Positions 63,530 to 64,000 of a stretch of 64,000 bases of DNA are shown one piece after another. The translations under genes and the position numbers were made by a program. The stretch is taken from NCBI GenBank assembly GCA_002269645.1, contig NIVC01000083.1, positions 468,863 to 532,862 on the forward strand, written 5' to 3'. This stretch comes from Macrostomum lignano. Its lineage: Eukaryota. Within the stretch, counting starts at the first letter, position 1. Each line of letters starts with the position of its first letter. Under the pieces are notes generated by a model. That model made no database searches. It was not told the DNA's origin and worked only from the letters and a program-made list of their open reading frames with translations.

Positions 63530-64000
63530 CTAACTCATGATCCCAACTCATGATCCCAACTCATGATCCCAACTCATGATCCCAACTCATGATCCCAACT
63601 CATGATCCCAACTCATGATCCCAACTTACAATCCTCACAGCTCATGATCCTCAAAACCCACGATTCTCATCACTCATAATCTTCAAAACTCATGATCTCA
63701 ACTCATGATCCCAACTCATGATCCCAACTCATGATCCCAACTCGTGATCCCAACTTACAATCCTCACAGCTCATGATCCTCAAAACCCATGATTCTCATC
63801 ACTCATAATCTTCAAAACTCATGATCTCAACTCATGATCCCAACTCATAAACCAAACTCAAGATCCCAACTCATAAACCAAACTCAAGATCCCAACTCAT
63901 GATCCCAACTTACAATCCTCACAGCTCATGATCCTCAAAACCCATGATTCTCATCACTTATAATCTTCAAAACTCATGATCTCAACTCATGATCCCAACT
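63530..64000. repeat. 13-bp repeat with a higher-order structure, in a formin intron
   Basis: Unit tcatgatcccaac plus repeated acttacaatcctcacagctc blocks. Confidence 0.93.

Overview
Animal genomic DNA with GT-AG introns, GC-rich exons and introns filled with tandem repeats. The style suggests a free-living flatworm such as Macrostomum, but that is inference only. I rebuilt seven protein genes by hand from splice sites and reading phase: (1) a 5'-incomplete polycystin-1-like gene (REJ-GAIN/GPS-PLAT-channel; +, 516-10223); (2) a SARA/endofin (ZFYVE9/16)-like gene with no FYVE domain (+, 15913-23834); (3) a single-exon mucin-like type I membrane protein (+, 27654-28334); (4) a TRPM-like channel with about 5 N-terminal ankyrin repeats where the SLOG/MHR1-2 domain normally sits (-, 36495-43200); (5) NELFCD (-, 49609-54970); (6) a SPATA7 homolog (-, 56175-58571); (7) the 5' part of a DAAM-like formin (+, from 63073). 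Mobile DNA includes a 5'-truncated Penelope-like (Neptune-type) retroelement with a minimal hammerhead ribozyme, two tRNA-derived SINE families (one CORE-like), a hAT-type MITE and two foldback elements. There are about 30 satellite arrays. One-base frameshifts in three cellular-gene positions, including one in NELFCD, look like long-read indel errors. The best novelty candidates are the ankyrin-TRPM channel, the FYVE-less SARA-like protein and a minisatellite made of RFX X-box palindromes. All homology calls are from motif recognition; no searches were run.
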